From an uncultured virus (IMG/VR IMGVR_UViG_3300025120_014373) (lineage: Duplodnaviria > Heunggongvirae > Uroviricota > Caudoviricetes): 64,000 bases of DNA. The notes beneath the pieces were generated by a model. It had not been told where the DNA came from and did not search any database. It worked only from the letters and a program-made list of their open reading frames with translations. This document shows, in pieces, positions 29,219 through 40,004 of the stretch. Every line of letters starts with the position of its first letter. Position 1 is the first letter of the stretch. A program made the position numbers and the translations under genes. Location: IMG/VR virus record IMGVR_UViG_3300025120_014373. The stretch is one strand, 5' to 3'.

Positions 29219-29989
29219 ATGAATTACAGTTTTAATAAAGATTATAGTTCGTTGTCAGGTATAGTTATACCGCTAGATATATTTAATAGAAATTTTGATA
29301 AAGTATTAGGTGGTTCATCTAATAGCACTGATCTTAGTAGTACCATATATTCAGGTAACTTAGGTGGTATATATGCTGTACCTGATTTTATAACTGCTGA
29401 TCCCATAATTTCAGATACTAATTTTTTTATAGATTTTGGCGATGGTACCATTATAGAAAATAATCTTTCAGCATTTCATACGTATAAAACTTCTGGTAAT
29501 TTTCAAGTTACATTAGTAGTCGCGACAAGTAGTGGTGATTTATTTAGATCTAGAGAAGGTTTTGTTATTAATGTCAAAGACCCGGTACCTGATAAAATTT
29601 TTATAACTCAAGATGCAGAAATCCAAAATGAAAGTGAAAGTACTGTAAAGTTTTTTATTACAAGATTTAATAATATTCTAACATCGCAAGAATTATCAGC
29701 TAATAATTACAAAATAAATCTTAGTGTAGATGGAAATACTGCACCTTTACAATTGGAAGAAGATTATTTAGATAATACCAATTTTCAATATCAGAATAAA
29801 AGTTTTTTCTTTACATCCCCAGATGAAAAATTTGAAGTTATTACTAGTATAAAAACTGATAGCACTTTTATATATGGTAACATTTCTTCGGGTGAGCTTT
29901 TACTAACTACAGTATCAGCTGCTGATAGTACTTTAGTAGGTACTTCAGGTTTTGGTAGTTTCCGTTACTTCGAGCCTACGTTTACTTAA
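29219..29989 (+). CDS. PKD-domain virion structural protein
   Basis: DFGDGT..H.Y..SGNFQVTL. Confidence 0.7.
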   Translation: MNYSFNKDYSSLSGIVIPLDIFNRNFDKVLGGSSNSTDLSSTIYSGNLGGIYAVPDFITADPIISDTNFFIDFGDGTIIENNLSAFHTYKTSGNFQVTLVVATSSGDLFRSREGFVINVKDPVPDKIFITQDAEIQNESESTVKFFITRFNNILTSQELSANNYKINLSVDGNTAPLQLEEDYLDNTNFQYQNKSFFFTSPDEKFEVITSIKTDSTFIYGNISSGELLLTTVSAADSTLVGTSGFGSFRYFEPTFT

Positions 29990-30750
29990 TGGTGTTGTAA
30001 ATTTTTTAAGGAATCTATTTCTTTACCCAATCTTTTAACTTCCTCAATTAGTACAGGTATAAGACCTGTATAGTCTACAGTGAGATAACCATCGCTATTT
30101 TCTCTAACTAAACTTTCATCAATATTGTATAAATCTTGAGCTATAATTCCTTTTCCTTTACCAGATCTTTTTGACCTTTCATTCCAGTCAAATTCGTAAC
30201 CAGTTAAATTACTAACAAAATTTTCAGAATCAATTGGAATTAAATTTTCTTTTAATCTACTATCAGATGTGCTAAACGCAATAATATCTCCACTAGCGTT
30301 AATAGTACCTCCTACAGTTAAATTACACGTAATGTCCACGCAACCGGTAACGTTAGTATCTTTTAGGTTTGCTACACCGCAAACTCCTATTGTATTGTTA
30401 AAAGTAATACCACCATTAAAGCTACCTGCTCCAGTAAAAAGGAAGTTTGCAGCTGTTAGAATACCTGATATAAGAGTGTTACCTGCAACGTTAATATTAT
30501 TATCTATTGTACTGGAACCTTTTACACAAAGGTTGCTATTAGTAGTAAGAGCATTACAAGTAAGTAAAGTGGTGCCAACTACTAATGAATTATCAAAAGA
30601 AGAACCAGTACCAGCGATGCCTAAATTTAAAGCTGTCGGGTTACCTAAACCATCTGTAATTGTGTTACTTGATTCTAGTTGATTATTTGAAAAGGTTTTT
30701 AGTAAACCATTGTACGTTTCATTTATATTTTTTCCTAATAAAGATGCCAT
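29986..30750 (-). CDS. Short fibre with C-terminal peptidase S74 intramolecular chaperone
   Basis: SDSRLKEN, GYEFDW, GIIAQD, VDYTGLIPVLIE. Confidence 0.85.
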   Translation of the reverse strand: MASLLGKNINETYNGLLKTFSNNQLESSNTITDGLGNPTALNLGIAGTGSSFDNSLVVGTTLLTCNALTTNSNLCVKGSSTIDNNINVAGNTLISGILTAANFLFTGAGSFNGGITFNNTIGVCGVANLKDTNVTGCVDITCNLTVGGTINASGDIIAFSTSDSRLKENLIPIDSENFVSNLTGYEFDWNERSKRSGKGKGIIAQDLYNIDESLVRENSDGYLTVDYTGLIPVLIEEVKRLGKEIDSLKNLQHH

Positions 30751-31604
30751 TATTTCTCCTCTAATATTTTAATTCTATTATTTAAACTTTTTACCTCTTC
30801 AATCATGTATGGTATAAGTTTTACATAATCTACTGATAGATAACCTTTTTCATTCTCTCTAACTGCAGACGGTATAAATTCTTCAACTTCTTGAGCTATA
30901 ACCCCAACATCTTCACCTGTTTGGTTAGCTTTTTCATCCCATTGATATTTGTAACCGTTTAAACTATTAATTACATCGTTTGAATTATCAATTTTGATAA
31001 TATTATTTTTAAGTCTTCTATCTGATGTTTTAAATGCTGTAATATCATTGGTCGCATCAATAGTCCCGGTAACAAAAAGATTACCACTTGTAACATTGAG
31101 ACCACCGTTTAGCGTCGCACAACCATTTAAAGTAGTAGTACCGCATATTTCTAAATTATTACAACCTAAAATAGCTCCACATAAAGTCGATGCACCGGTG
31201 ACTTTTAATACGTTCAGTTGGGTAGTACCTTGGAGACTATGAGTACCGGTACCCGCTGCACAAATTTGTCCTCCGGTCGGAGTCGAAAGACAAAGACCTC
31301 CATTTTTGATTTCTACTACTTTTGATAGGGTGCTACCTGAACCACCATCTATTAGTACTGGACCAAATATTTTAGCTCCGACACCCTGTGGTCCTATTGC
31401 TAATGAGCTTACAATACCGCTGCCGTCTGATAATCTTGATAAAGCTGTAGGTGATGCGGTTCTATTAGGGTGAGTAAAAACTGCGAGCGCATTTCTTTGA
31501 CTACTAGCAACAAAGGGCATGTTACCATTATCGGCCACTTTTATAAGTGATGGATATGTGAAAGCTACTATTTCCCCTGCTAAGCCTGTTACGTTGGTTG
31601 CCAT
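30750..31604 (-). CDS. Short fibre with C-terminal peptidase S74 intramolecular chaperone
   Basis: SDRRLKNN, GVIAQEVE, VDYVKLIP. Confidence 0.85.
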   Translation of the reverse strand: MATNVTGLAGEIVAFTYPSLIKVADNGNMPFVASSQRNALAVFTHPNRTASPTALSRLSDGSGIVSSLAIGPQGVGAKIFGPVLIDGGSGSTLSKVVEIKNGGLCLSTPTGGQICAAGTGTHSLQGTTQLNVLKVTGASTLCGAILGCNNLEICGTTTLNGCATLNGGLNVTSGNLFVTGTIDATNDITAFKTSDRRLKNNIIKIDNSNDVINSLNGYKYQWDEKANQTGEDVGVIAQEVEEFIPSAVRENEKGYLSVDYVKLIPYMIEEVKSLNNRIKILEEK

Positions 31605-31608
31605 ATAA

Positions 31609-33579
31609 TTATTTATCTAATAGTACTGTCTTTAAAATGGGTATCCTTTCACCAATTCTTTTAGTTTTAACTGTACCTATAATATTATTTTGGTATTCAA
31701 AAAGGTTAGTCATTATTCTATTTAATGTATTACCATTTAATGTTTCATTAACGCCAGCGAAGTATTGTTTTTGGTCATTCATATCTAATATTTTTTTATC
31801 TTCATGAGATAATTCTAAGAAGTCCTTAAATCTTAAATAACCATCAGTTTCTATTGTATCAAATACTGCAAGTAACTGTTTGTTTAAATTTGAACTTAAT
31901 AAATTTAAGTTAAATAGATGTCTAAATATAGTAGAATTAAATGTTATATTATTAAAATATTCATCCTTTATAAATATTTCACTTTTCTTATAAAAGTTAG
32001 GTCTAGTTGTATTCAATAAAGAAACGTAATTATTATCGTCATTAAAACTAAGTATTCTTTTATTTGACCATAATAATATTTTATCTGTATCTTCTATATT
32101 ACTATCTATTATTGTTAACCCGGTTGATGCTAATGTAAATTTATCGAAATCAGGTAGTTCATCCCATTTCGTATCAAAAGCAGAAAATCTAGCAAATATC
32201 GTATTCCACATATTAACAGAGTCGAATGTAATATCAATGGTAAATCTTTCAATATTTTTAGTTTGAGTATTTACAAAATATTTATATACATTTTTTGTCG
32301 TTTGTAAATAGTAAACATTACTATCATTTTCTGAAAAAACTATTTTTCTTGGCTGTTCAAAAAACCCTATTAGAGGTATAGAAAATTCAAACGGGTTACT
32401 GGTTAACACATACCTATCAACTTCTTCAAAGTTATTAGCATTTAATACTACAACTCTATAGGTTTTAGTTAATATGTACAGTAAATCAAATGTATGATTA
32501 TACGTCATACTAATAAATTCATTTTCTGTAAATAAATTTACATTAGCATATCTGAGTTTAAAAACGAATCTATCACTAAACTTCTTTATACTGTTATCCA
32601 CGGCATCAAATACAAATATATTACCGTTACCATATTCTATATATGTATTATCATTAAAATTAGTATTATCTTTTCCTTTACCCCCTATAGTTTCTAATAA
32701 TTTAAACTCTCTAACACCGGTACGGTCTTTATTAATAATCGTTTTTGTTTCAGCTTTATAAATTTGTTGTTTGCCTCTGTCATTTAAATAAAGAATATCG
32801 TTTTCTTTATCAGCTGCCATGCAAGTAATATTTTCAAATCTAAGTTTACCATCAAGACCAATTGAATCAGCACTTAATACAAAATCAAACATTGTATCAT
32901 TTCGATCTAATTGATATGCAAATAAGTAAGAACTAGTAGTTACAAATAGTGTATATTCATTAGGTTCTTTTGTACTTTTAAAAGCTAGGGTATTCATTTT
33001 ATCAACATCAAAAAATTGTTCATTATAAGCTGAAAAAGAAATTAAGCTTGGGTCAAGACCACCGGAAATAAATCTAACATCAGATGACACCCACTGCCAC
33101 TCAGTACTTGTTGATGTGGTTGATAATACTGCATAGGCATTAAAATCAGTCGGTATTAAAGGGTTATTAATATTTGAAAATCTATACAAATCAATAAAGT
33201 TATCATATAATAAATTAAGTTTAAAATTTATTGAATTTTTATTTATTATTTCATTAGGTTTGAATAAAATATCATCTAACACGTATGATGGGTTTAATTC
33301 AGTAAAAATAGTTCTATCAAAGAATTTTTTTGAATTAATAATATCTGTGTTTATACTTTCGACAACTATTAGTTTATCATCTTTTAAGGTTTTAGTTTTG
33401 TAAAAATTGGTACCATCATAGTTATAATAACCGATATAATCGACCCCGTTAAAAGTAAATTCATTTCCATTTGTAAATGCTACTTTTTTTGAGGTAGTTA
33501 TTGATTTATATTCATCACTAGAATTGTTTTCTAGATCTTGACCGACATAAAAATCTGTTATTATATTGTTTGCTGGCAT
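31609..33579 (-). CDS. Virion structural protein with NHL/beta-propeller-like segment
   Basis: LYLNDRGKQQIYK, IGGKG, IFVFDAVDNSIKKF. Confidence 0.6.
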   Translation of the reverse strand: MPANNIITDFYVGQDLENNSSDEYKSITTSKKVAFTNGNEFTFNGVDYIGYYNYDGTNFYKTKTLKDDKLIVVESINTDIINSKKFFDRTIFTELNPSYVLDDILFKPNEIINKNSINFKLNLLYDNFIDLYRFSNINNPLIPTDFNAYAVLSTTSTSTEWQWVSSDVRFISGGLDPSLISFSAYNEQFFDVDKMNTLAFKSTKEPNEYTLFVTTSSYLFAYQLDRNDTMFDFVLSADSIGLDGKLRFENITCMAADKENDILYLNDRGKQQIYKAETKTIINKDRTGVREFKLLETIGGKGKDNTNFNDNTYIEYGNGNIFVFDAVDNSIKKFSDRFVFKLRYANVNLFTENEFISMTYNHTFDLLYILTKTYRVVVLNANNFEEVDRYVLTSNPFEFSIPLIGFFEQPRKIVFSENDSNVYYLQTTKNVYKYFVNTQTKNIERFTIDITFDSVNMWNTIFARFSAFDTKWDELPDFDKFTLASTGLTIIDSNIEDTDKILLWSNKRILSFNDDNNYVSLLNTTRPNFYKKSEIFIKDEYFNNITFNSTIFRHLFNLNLLSSNLNKQLLAVFDTIETDGYLRFKDFLELSHEDKKILDMNDQKQYFAGVNETLNGNTLNRIMTNLFEYQNNIIGTVKTKRIGERIPILKTVLLDK

Positions 33580-33583
33580 ATTT

Positions 33584-36500
33584 TTAATCGACGTTATAAA
33601 TTAATTTTTGTTGAGATGGTGTAATAACTTCTACAGAACTTTGTAAATAATTAATTAACTTTTGTTTTATATCATTATTTATATCAATATCTTTAATGTT
33701 CACTTTTATATAATTGCTAATATTACCTGGGATATTATAATTAAATAATGTATCGATTTCTTCATTATTATTTCTAGTACCGCAAGGTACTCTAAAATAT
33801 AAAGGATCTATTTGTTTAGTCTGTAACTCTAAATAATTTATCAAACTTTGATCAAATGACGTGTTGTGTATTTTTAAGTTCTTTAAAGTTCCACCTGAAC
33901 TATTATATGAAATATCTTTTACAATTTCATCAATAGGTATATTTCGAATATTTTGGGTATTTATAAATAATTCTGGATAGATAATTCTTTCAATTGGTAT
34001 TAAGTTAGGATTAAAAGATATATCTCCGAAAAATAACCCATTGTTGTATATTTTTATCTTACCTGAATTTAAATCTAAATTAATATTAAAATAATTTTTA
34101 ATTGAAACGTTTGGTACTACAAATATTATTTCAACGTTAGTTACCTCTTCTGAATTTATCGGTAAAAACTCTCCATCCCACGCACTTAATGCTGTAGATG
34201 GGTTTGTCCAAGTAAATGCAGAATAACCTGTAGCTGATAAAGGTGGTCCTGCATTACTCCATTGTTCAGTTAAGGTCTCAACATCAATTAAGGAGTTAAG
34301 ATTAAATTTAAATACTAACTTATCTCTATAGGAATTATACTTTTGATCGAGGGCGTGATAGTTTATTGGAGTAAAATGAGGTTTGTTAACTGATAATGTA
34401 TCAAACTTAGAAGTAGAAATCCCTGCAGCGAGAAGATCGATATATTCACTACCTTCCACCCTTCTGTATTTATATAAACCTGTCGGGTAAAGAGCAGTTA
34501 AGGCTGGATTGGTGCCAAAAGTTGTTACAGGTATTTCTTGATTAGTAGCATAAATAGTACGTTTAGTGGTGTCGATACCAGTTAATAATAATGTATATGT
34601 TTCTTCAAGTTGACCGGTGGTTGCGTTTATCTTATCTACAACTATATTTGATGATAAGTCTCTTGCAAATGACATTATCTTTAATTCTTTATTTTCTTCA
34701 AGAAAATCTATCTTATAACCAGTGTTTACTGCTTCACTGAGTTCATATGCTGATAGTTTAAATCTTTCTGGTGTAAATTCTTGTATAAACCCTTTACGTC
34801 CAGATAAGTTCACATATTGTACAAATAATCTATTATTAACTGAATTAATATCAAAAATCTCACTGTCTATACTATCTAAGATTGGGTCTTCATTTTGAGT
34901 TATTTTTAAATTATCAAAAACAATTCTAGCTCTTCCATCTTGTATAAAGTTAAAGAAATTAAGAAAAGTACCATTAGTAGCGTCTTGAGCAGACGCTGCT
35001 TGAAGAACAGAATAATAATCTTGATCAAAAGATTGACCGTCAATTATACCACTACTTAGTTCAGCTGATAATGAAGTACTCAAAAAAGCTGTACCAGGTA
35101 CTAATTGCTTACTTATATATCTGTTAATATTGTCCAATGAACATGCAACATCACTGTTTAATTTATTCGGCTCAATACCTCGAAGAAATCTATAACTACC
35201 AGTCGCTGCTGGTACTAAACTTTCATACGAAGCTGATAATGGGTCATACAAATATTGTTGTTGTAGTATCGGGGTCTTAAGAGGTATAAGATTGTTTAAA
35301 TCTAAACTTATAGCAAAATTATTAGTTACATATTGGTTGGTAACAAACAATACATTATTATAACCATAATAAGTTTTACTTTTATATGATTTAATAATTT
35401 CTAACAACAGGGGACTATTAGCGAACCCGTCAGCTGGAAATCTTTCATTTAGTATCTCACCGAAATAATTAGTTTTTATTAATTTATTATCACAAACTAA
35501 AACTATATTATTATTTTGTTCTATATAAAGTATATCTAAAATATTTTCTGTACCTGTATATGTATTTGATCTCAATAACTTAAAATTATTATCATATATA
35601 TGAACTACATTACCTTGTGGTATAAAAGTAAACGGAGTAAAGAAAAAGTTATTTTTCAAAGCAAACCCATCTTCATATAAATTACCAGCTAGCTGAAATG
35701 AATCTAAAGATGAGAGAGAATCTAATTCTAATTCGAAACCTATATTAAAGTCTTTATTAGGTATTGATTGTATATCTAAATTATCATAACCTTTAGTATT
35801 ATTAAGATTAACTTCATTGATATCTTGTAACTGTACAGCTGACGTTTGAATGTTAAAGGAATTCTTTAGTAACTTATCTTTTTGACCATCGATATACGTA
35901 TTAATTTGCTTATTATTAATTCGCTGATAACCGTATGATGCACTTGGTTCAAATGTTAAGTTACTCTTTAAATCATAATAAACCAAATCGGTTTCATTAT
36001 TTTTAAAAAATTCAGCAGCTTGTGTCGTATTATTAAAAATATTTGAATTACCGGAGAATGATACTGTATATGAATTTTCTTTAGGTAAATAATATCTATC
36101 AAACCATATACCTTTAGTAATACCATCTCCTTTTAACCAAGTGCATAAATAATCACCGAAAATATCATTTGATTGAGTATCATTAATACTTTGGAAACCT
36201 AACAGGTCCCCACTTTGTAACACGAATAAACTTACATCATTTTGAAATACTAAAAATTCCTGATCTTCTATAAAACTATTTTGTAATTTATTTTTATTTG
36301 TATCGGTAAGTTTAAATACTTTATCGCTAAAATACGGACTCGTTGCTGCAAATGACCCATTAACAGCAAGTCCAGTATCATTAATATTAATTTTTCGGTA
36401 AGGAAATAGATCACCTGGTAATGTAAACGCAGTATAGTCCTTAGACCCAATTTTATATTCTTTATCGAAAAAAGTATAATTTAAAGATATATTATCAAAA

Positions 36501-37561
36501 TCTGTTTCTTTACTTTTTTGATTAGTGAAATTTTGATATTCTCTACCCCTATATTCTAAATTGTTATCTCTATTTTCTAATGGCCCACCATACGTAATAT
36601 TATCATTAGATATATGATTTTTTAAGTTGAAAAACTTTAAATTAGCATAATTTTTATCACCTGTTATTACATTAGAATAAGTGTAATAAGTTAAAAAATC
36701 ATATTTAACCCCACTAATTGTATCGTTCGATAATCTATAGTTATCTTGAAAATCGTAATATATAAATTGATCAATATTGTCATTATTCAATAATTTAAGT
36801 TCTTCACCTACACTTATAGTACCGTTTAATAATCTTTCTTGATTTGATGGTAATAATCCTATAGAATCTATATCTGCAGATAATACGGTATTAATAAATA
36901 ACTGAAAACCATCTGGCCCCGTAGATATTGCTTTTGAATTAGTAGTTAAAATCGTTGTTACAGTTGTTACTATGTTATTATCTTTATATAATCTTAATTT
37001 TTTATTTTCATTATCATAAAAATAATTAAAATAATAAAACGATGTTAATGGTAATTTTTCAGTACTTAAAAATTTAAAAATTAATGCCGTACGATCAGCA
37101 TCATATAAAAATTTATTAACTTTGCCGTCGAAAAAAGATACTGTACAGAAATCTTTATTTACAAAATCTACTAAAAATTTTGAACCGTTAAGATTTTCCA
37201 AATCAATATTAAACGTAGCTACTGTTTCTTTATCATCCCCTGTGGTAAGAACCTGTAAGAAAAATGTCGAACTTAATATATTTTGGGTAGTTTTAAAATT
37301 TAATTTTGTATTTAAATCTTGTGTATTTATTTTTCTAGTTAAATTAAAAATTTCACTAGAAGATTTATCTTTAATAAGATTGTTTACTGTGTAATTTTTT
37401 ACAAAACTATCATTAGCACTCTGGTTAATATTATAAGTAACTAAATTTAAACCTTGTAATGTAAATCTATCTTGATTAGTAAATTCTAGTTTTTCATCAA
37501 AATCTTTAAAATAAAGAGGTGATAAAGCACTTAAACTTTGATATGTTGGAGATAAAGACAT
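33584..37561 (-). CDS. Large virion structural protein (1325 aa)
   Basis: Long beta-rich ORF in the baseplate block; TAAATA 7 nt upstream. Confidence 0.6.
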   Translation of the reverse strand: MSLSPTYQSLSALSPLYFKDFDEKLEFTNQDRFTLQGLNLVTYNINQSANDSFVKNYTVNNLIKDKSSSEIFNLTRKINTQDLNTKLNFKTTQNILSSTFFLQVLTTGDDKETVATFNIDLENLNGSKFLVDFVNKDFCTVSFFDGKVNKFLYDADRTALIFKFLSTEKLPLTSFYYFNYFYDNENKKLRLYKDNNIVTTVTTILTTNSKAISTGPDGFQLFINTVLSADIDSIGLLPSNQERLLNGTISVGEELKLLNNDNIDQFIYYDFQDNYRLSNDTISGVKYDFLTYYTYSNVITGDKNYANLKFFNLKNHISNDNITYGGPLENRDNNLEYRGREYQNFTNQKSKETDFDNISLNYTFFDKEYKIGSKDYTAFTLPGDLFPYRKININDTGLAVNGSFAATSPYFSDKVFKLTDTNKNKLQNSFIEDQEFLVFQNDVSLFVLQSGDLLGFQSINDTQSNDIFGDYLCTWLKGDGITKGIWFDRYYLPKENSYTVSFSGNSNIFNNTTQAAEFFKNNETDLVYYDLKSNLTFEPSASYGYQRINNKQINTYIDGQKDKLLKNSFNIQTSAVQLQDINEVNLNNTKGYDNLDIQSIPNKDFNIGFELELDSLSSLDSFQLAGNLYEDGFALKNNFFFTPFTFIPQGNVVHIYDNNFKLLRSNTYTGTENILDILYIEQNNNIVLVCDNKLIKTNYFGEILNERFPADGFANSPLLLEIIKSYKSKTYYGYNNVLFVTNQYVTNNFAISLDLNNLIPLKTPILQQQYLYDPLSASYESLVPAATGSYRFLRGIEPNKLNSDVACSLDNINRYISKQLVPGTAFLSTSLSAELSSGIIDGQSFDQDYYSVLQAASAQDATNGTFLNFFNFIQDGRARIVFDNLKITQNEDPILDSIDSEIFDINSVNNRLFVQYVNLSGRKGFIQEFTPERFKLSAYELSEAVNTGYKIDFLEENKELKIMSFARDLSSNIVVDKINATTGQLEETYTLLLTGIDTTKRTIYATNQEIPVTTFGTNPALTALYPTGLYKYRRVEGSEYIDLLAAGISTSKFDTLSVNKPHFTPINYHALDQKYNSYRDKLVFKFNLNSLIDVETLTEQWSNAGPPLSATGYSAFTWTNPSTALSAWDGEFLPINSEEVTNVEIIFVVPNVSIKNYFNINLDLNSGKIKIYNNGLFFGDISFNPNLIPIERIIYPELFINTQNIRNIPIDEIVKDISYNSSGGTLKNLKIHNTSFDQSLINYLELQTKQIDPLYFRVPCGTRNNNEEIDTLFNYNIPGNISNYIKVNIKDIDINNDIKQKLINYLQSSVEVITPSQQKLIYNVD

Positions 37562-37634
37562 CTATTAATATTTATAATGAAAATTATATATCAATTTTCG
37601 TATATCTATTTAAAACTAAAGTATTAAAATTCAA

Positions 37635-40001
37635 TTAAATTAAATTCGTACCTGAATAAATGTCTTTTAATATAATTTCATCAATACTATTATTAATTGC
37701 ACTTAAAGATGATAGGTCACTACTTGAATTTATATTGGCATCATCATAAAATGCAAATATATTACTGTTATTAAACGTTGAAATATATTCAAAAAAAGTA
37801 TAATATTTTGATATTTGACTAGTCTCTAAACCTCTATCTTCATTTAAAATTCTAAAACCGTTTTCTAAAACAAGATTATTCCCACTAATATCTAGCATAT
37901 ATGTAAAATCCCCAACTCCATCGGGTAAAACTAATCCCCAACCCCAGTTTGTATTATACGATGATATTTGATAGGTTTTATTACTGCCTAAATATCTAAA
38001 ATCATGACCACTTGTAGGGTCGGTATTAACCATATAATATCTTTGACTGAATTTTTCATATGCTACTATAGGTTTAAAATTATCGCCACCGGATAGGGTA
38101 TCTGATAACTTTATTTCACTACCTAAATTTTTACCTAGACCGCTATCAGATCTACCTTTATTATTAAAGTCTTGGCTAAATTTATTTTTTATAGGTACTA
38201 TCTTTGAACGATTAACACTGAAAAAATCAACAATACGTTTTAGACTTGCTGGATAGCTTTCTGAGAATTTATTAACATTGCTGTCAATTAATTTAAGATT
38301 ACTAATTAAATTATCTATATTTGCATAGTCTATATCATTTGAGTTTATCAAAAAGTTAGATATTTTTTCATAAACCTTTACCCCTAAAGTATTAGGATCA
38401 TTTGCATCTCCAACTATTTGACCTATTATGTCTGTAAAAAATCTAGGATTATCTCTTAAATTAGGCTGGTATAAATAACTTATAAAATTATCTTTTTGAT
38501 TGTTATTTTCATTTATCTTACGAAATTCCTTACTACCACTAACAGGTACAATATTAAACGTATTACTTTCGCCAAATACCGGTACATTATTTGATGTTGC
38601 TTTAGCTTTTAATTTTACATTATTGATAGAACCATTATACCGAAAAGCACCTTTAAAAAACCCTCCAACAATATCTGCTGATAATACACCAAAATCACTA
38701 GATATGGAGGCAGCTAAAGAGTTATTATTTTCATCTTTTAAATTAATTGATATAGTATTATTAGTAGAACCATTACCAATACTTAAATTATTTACATATT
38801 TGGCTGGATAATTATTTACAGTTTTAACTCTAACGGTAAAATATATAATTTGATTCTGAAAATAATTAGTATCGAAATTAAAAGTAGTGTCGTTATACCC
38901 GTAGCCGTCAATACCAGTGGTACTAAATACTAACTTATCTATTGGCGCATTTTCAGTTATTATTACTCTTGTACTAGCAGTAACCTGGTTTAATACAGGT
39001 AATTCATTTCTTGGCAAGTTATAATATTCTCTTTCAGGGTCTGTCACTGCCGTGGTATCAAAATTTGCAAATATATTAATTATATTACTGGTTTGATTTG
39101 TACTATCATCTGATGAGGAGACGAGGGCTTCTGCTTCCGCTGGAGTAGGGATTTCTGGTTCTGGTTCTGGGTCTTCTCCGAGATCTTCCGGAACTGGGGT
39201 AAGACTTGTATCGTTAACAATAATTAAGCCCGTACTTGCAACTACCGAGCCATTAGTTGAATTATTCAATCTTAGTAAAACGATTAATGTTTCCGGTCCT
39301 TCAGTAAGTTCATCTAGTTTAGGTGATATATTAATACTACCTGAATTATTATTAATAATTACCGTACCAGTAGTATTATAAAAATCTTGATTATTGATAC
39401 CGGACTGGATCGTTGTAAATGAATAATATAAGGTTGTACCATTTACAACATTTTCCGTAATAACGTTAAGCAATAAATTTTCACCTTCATTAACAGAATT
39501 TGCAGTTTCAACTAGGCTATATGACGGTAAAGGTGTTGCAGGGGTGGTACTAGTATCGTTAATGGTTATAAGTGATGACGATGCAACAACAGGTCCAGAA
39601 CTACTACCTGTTCTAATACTTAAGTAAAATGTTTCAGGGCCTTCTGTAGTAAAGTCTAATATTGGAGTTACGTTAAAACTACCGGTATCATTATTAATAG
39701 TAAATGAATCCGTTTCAGTTACAAAATCACCATTACCTGCATTTGTAACTGTCCAGTGTAAAATTGTACCATTTGCAACATTTCCCGTTGTTATGGTAAC
39801 TGGTAAATCTTGACCTTCATCTACAGAAGATGCAACAGATATATTATAGGTTAAAACTGTTTCTACTTCTGGTGATGGTACATTAGCATAAACATGGTCA
39901 TCTGTGACCCCTGCTGCGGTAAATTCACGACCAGAAAGGGTAACTTTGTATAAATTTGATATTTGACTATCTAAACTAACTATATCAGTTTGTGTTTTCA
40001 T
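37635..40001 (-). CDS. Virion structural protein with two Calx-beta/Ig-like repeats
   Basis: Repeats SVDEG..GTILHW..TEGPETF and SVNEG..GTTLYY..TEGPETL; PE-rich linker. Confidence 0.65.
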   Translation of the reverse strand: MKTQTDIVSLDSQISNLYKVTLSGREFTAAGVTDDHVYANVPSPEVETVLTYNISVASSVDEGQDLPVTITTGNVANGTILHWTVTNAGNGDFVTETDSFTINNDTGSFNVTPILDFTTEGPETFYLSIRTGSSSGPVVASSSLITINDTSTTPATPLPSYSLVETANSVNEGENLLLNVITENVVNGTTLYYSFTTIQSGINNQDFYNTTGTVIINNNSGSINISPKLDELTEGPETLIVLLRLNNSTNGSVVASTGLIIVNDTSLTPVPEDLGEDPEPEPEIPTPAEAEALVSSSDDSTNQTSNIINIFANFDTTAVTDPEREYYNLPRNELPVLNQVTASTRVIITENAPIDKLVFSTTGIDGYGYNDTTFNFDTNYFQNQIIYFTVRVKTVNNYPAKYVNNLSIGNGSTNNTISINLKDENNNSLAASISSDFGVLSADIVGGFFKGAFRYNGSINNVKLKAKATSNNVPVFGESNTFNIVPVSGSKEFRKINENNNQKDNFISYLYQPNLRDNPRFFTDIIGQIVGDANDPNTLGVKVYEKISNFLINSNDIDYANIDNLISNLKLIDSNVNKFSESYPASLKRIVDFFSVNRSKIVPIKNKFSQDFNNKGRSDSGLGKNLGSEIKLSDTLSGGDNFKPIVAYEKFSQRYYMVNTDPTSGHDFRYLGSNKTYQISSYNTNWGWGLVLPDGVGDFTYMLDISGNNLVLENGFRILNEDRGLETSQISKYYTFFEYISTFNNSNIFAFYDDANINSSSDLSSLSAINNSIDEIILKDIYSGTNLI

Positions 40002-40004
40002 TTT

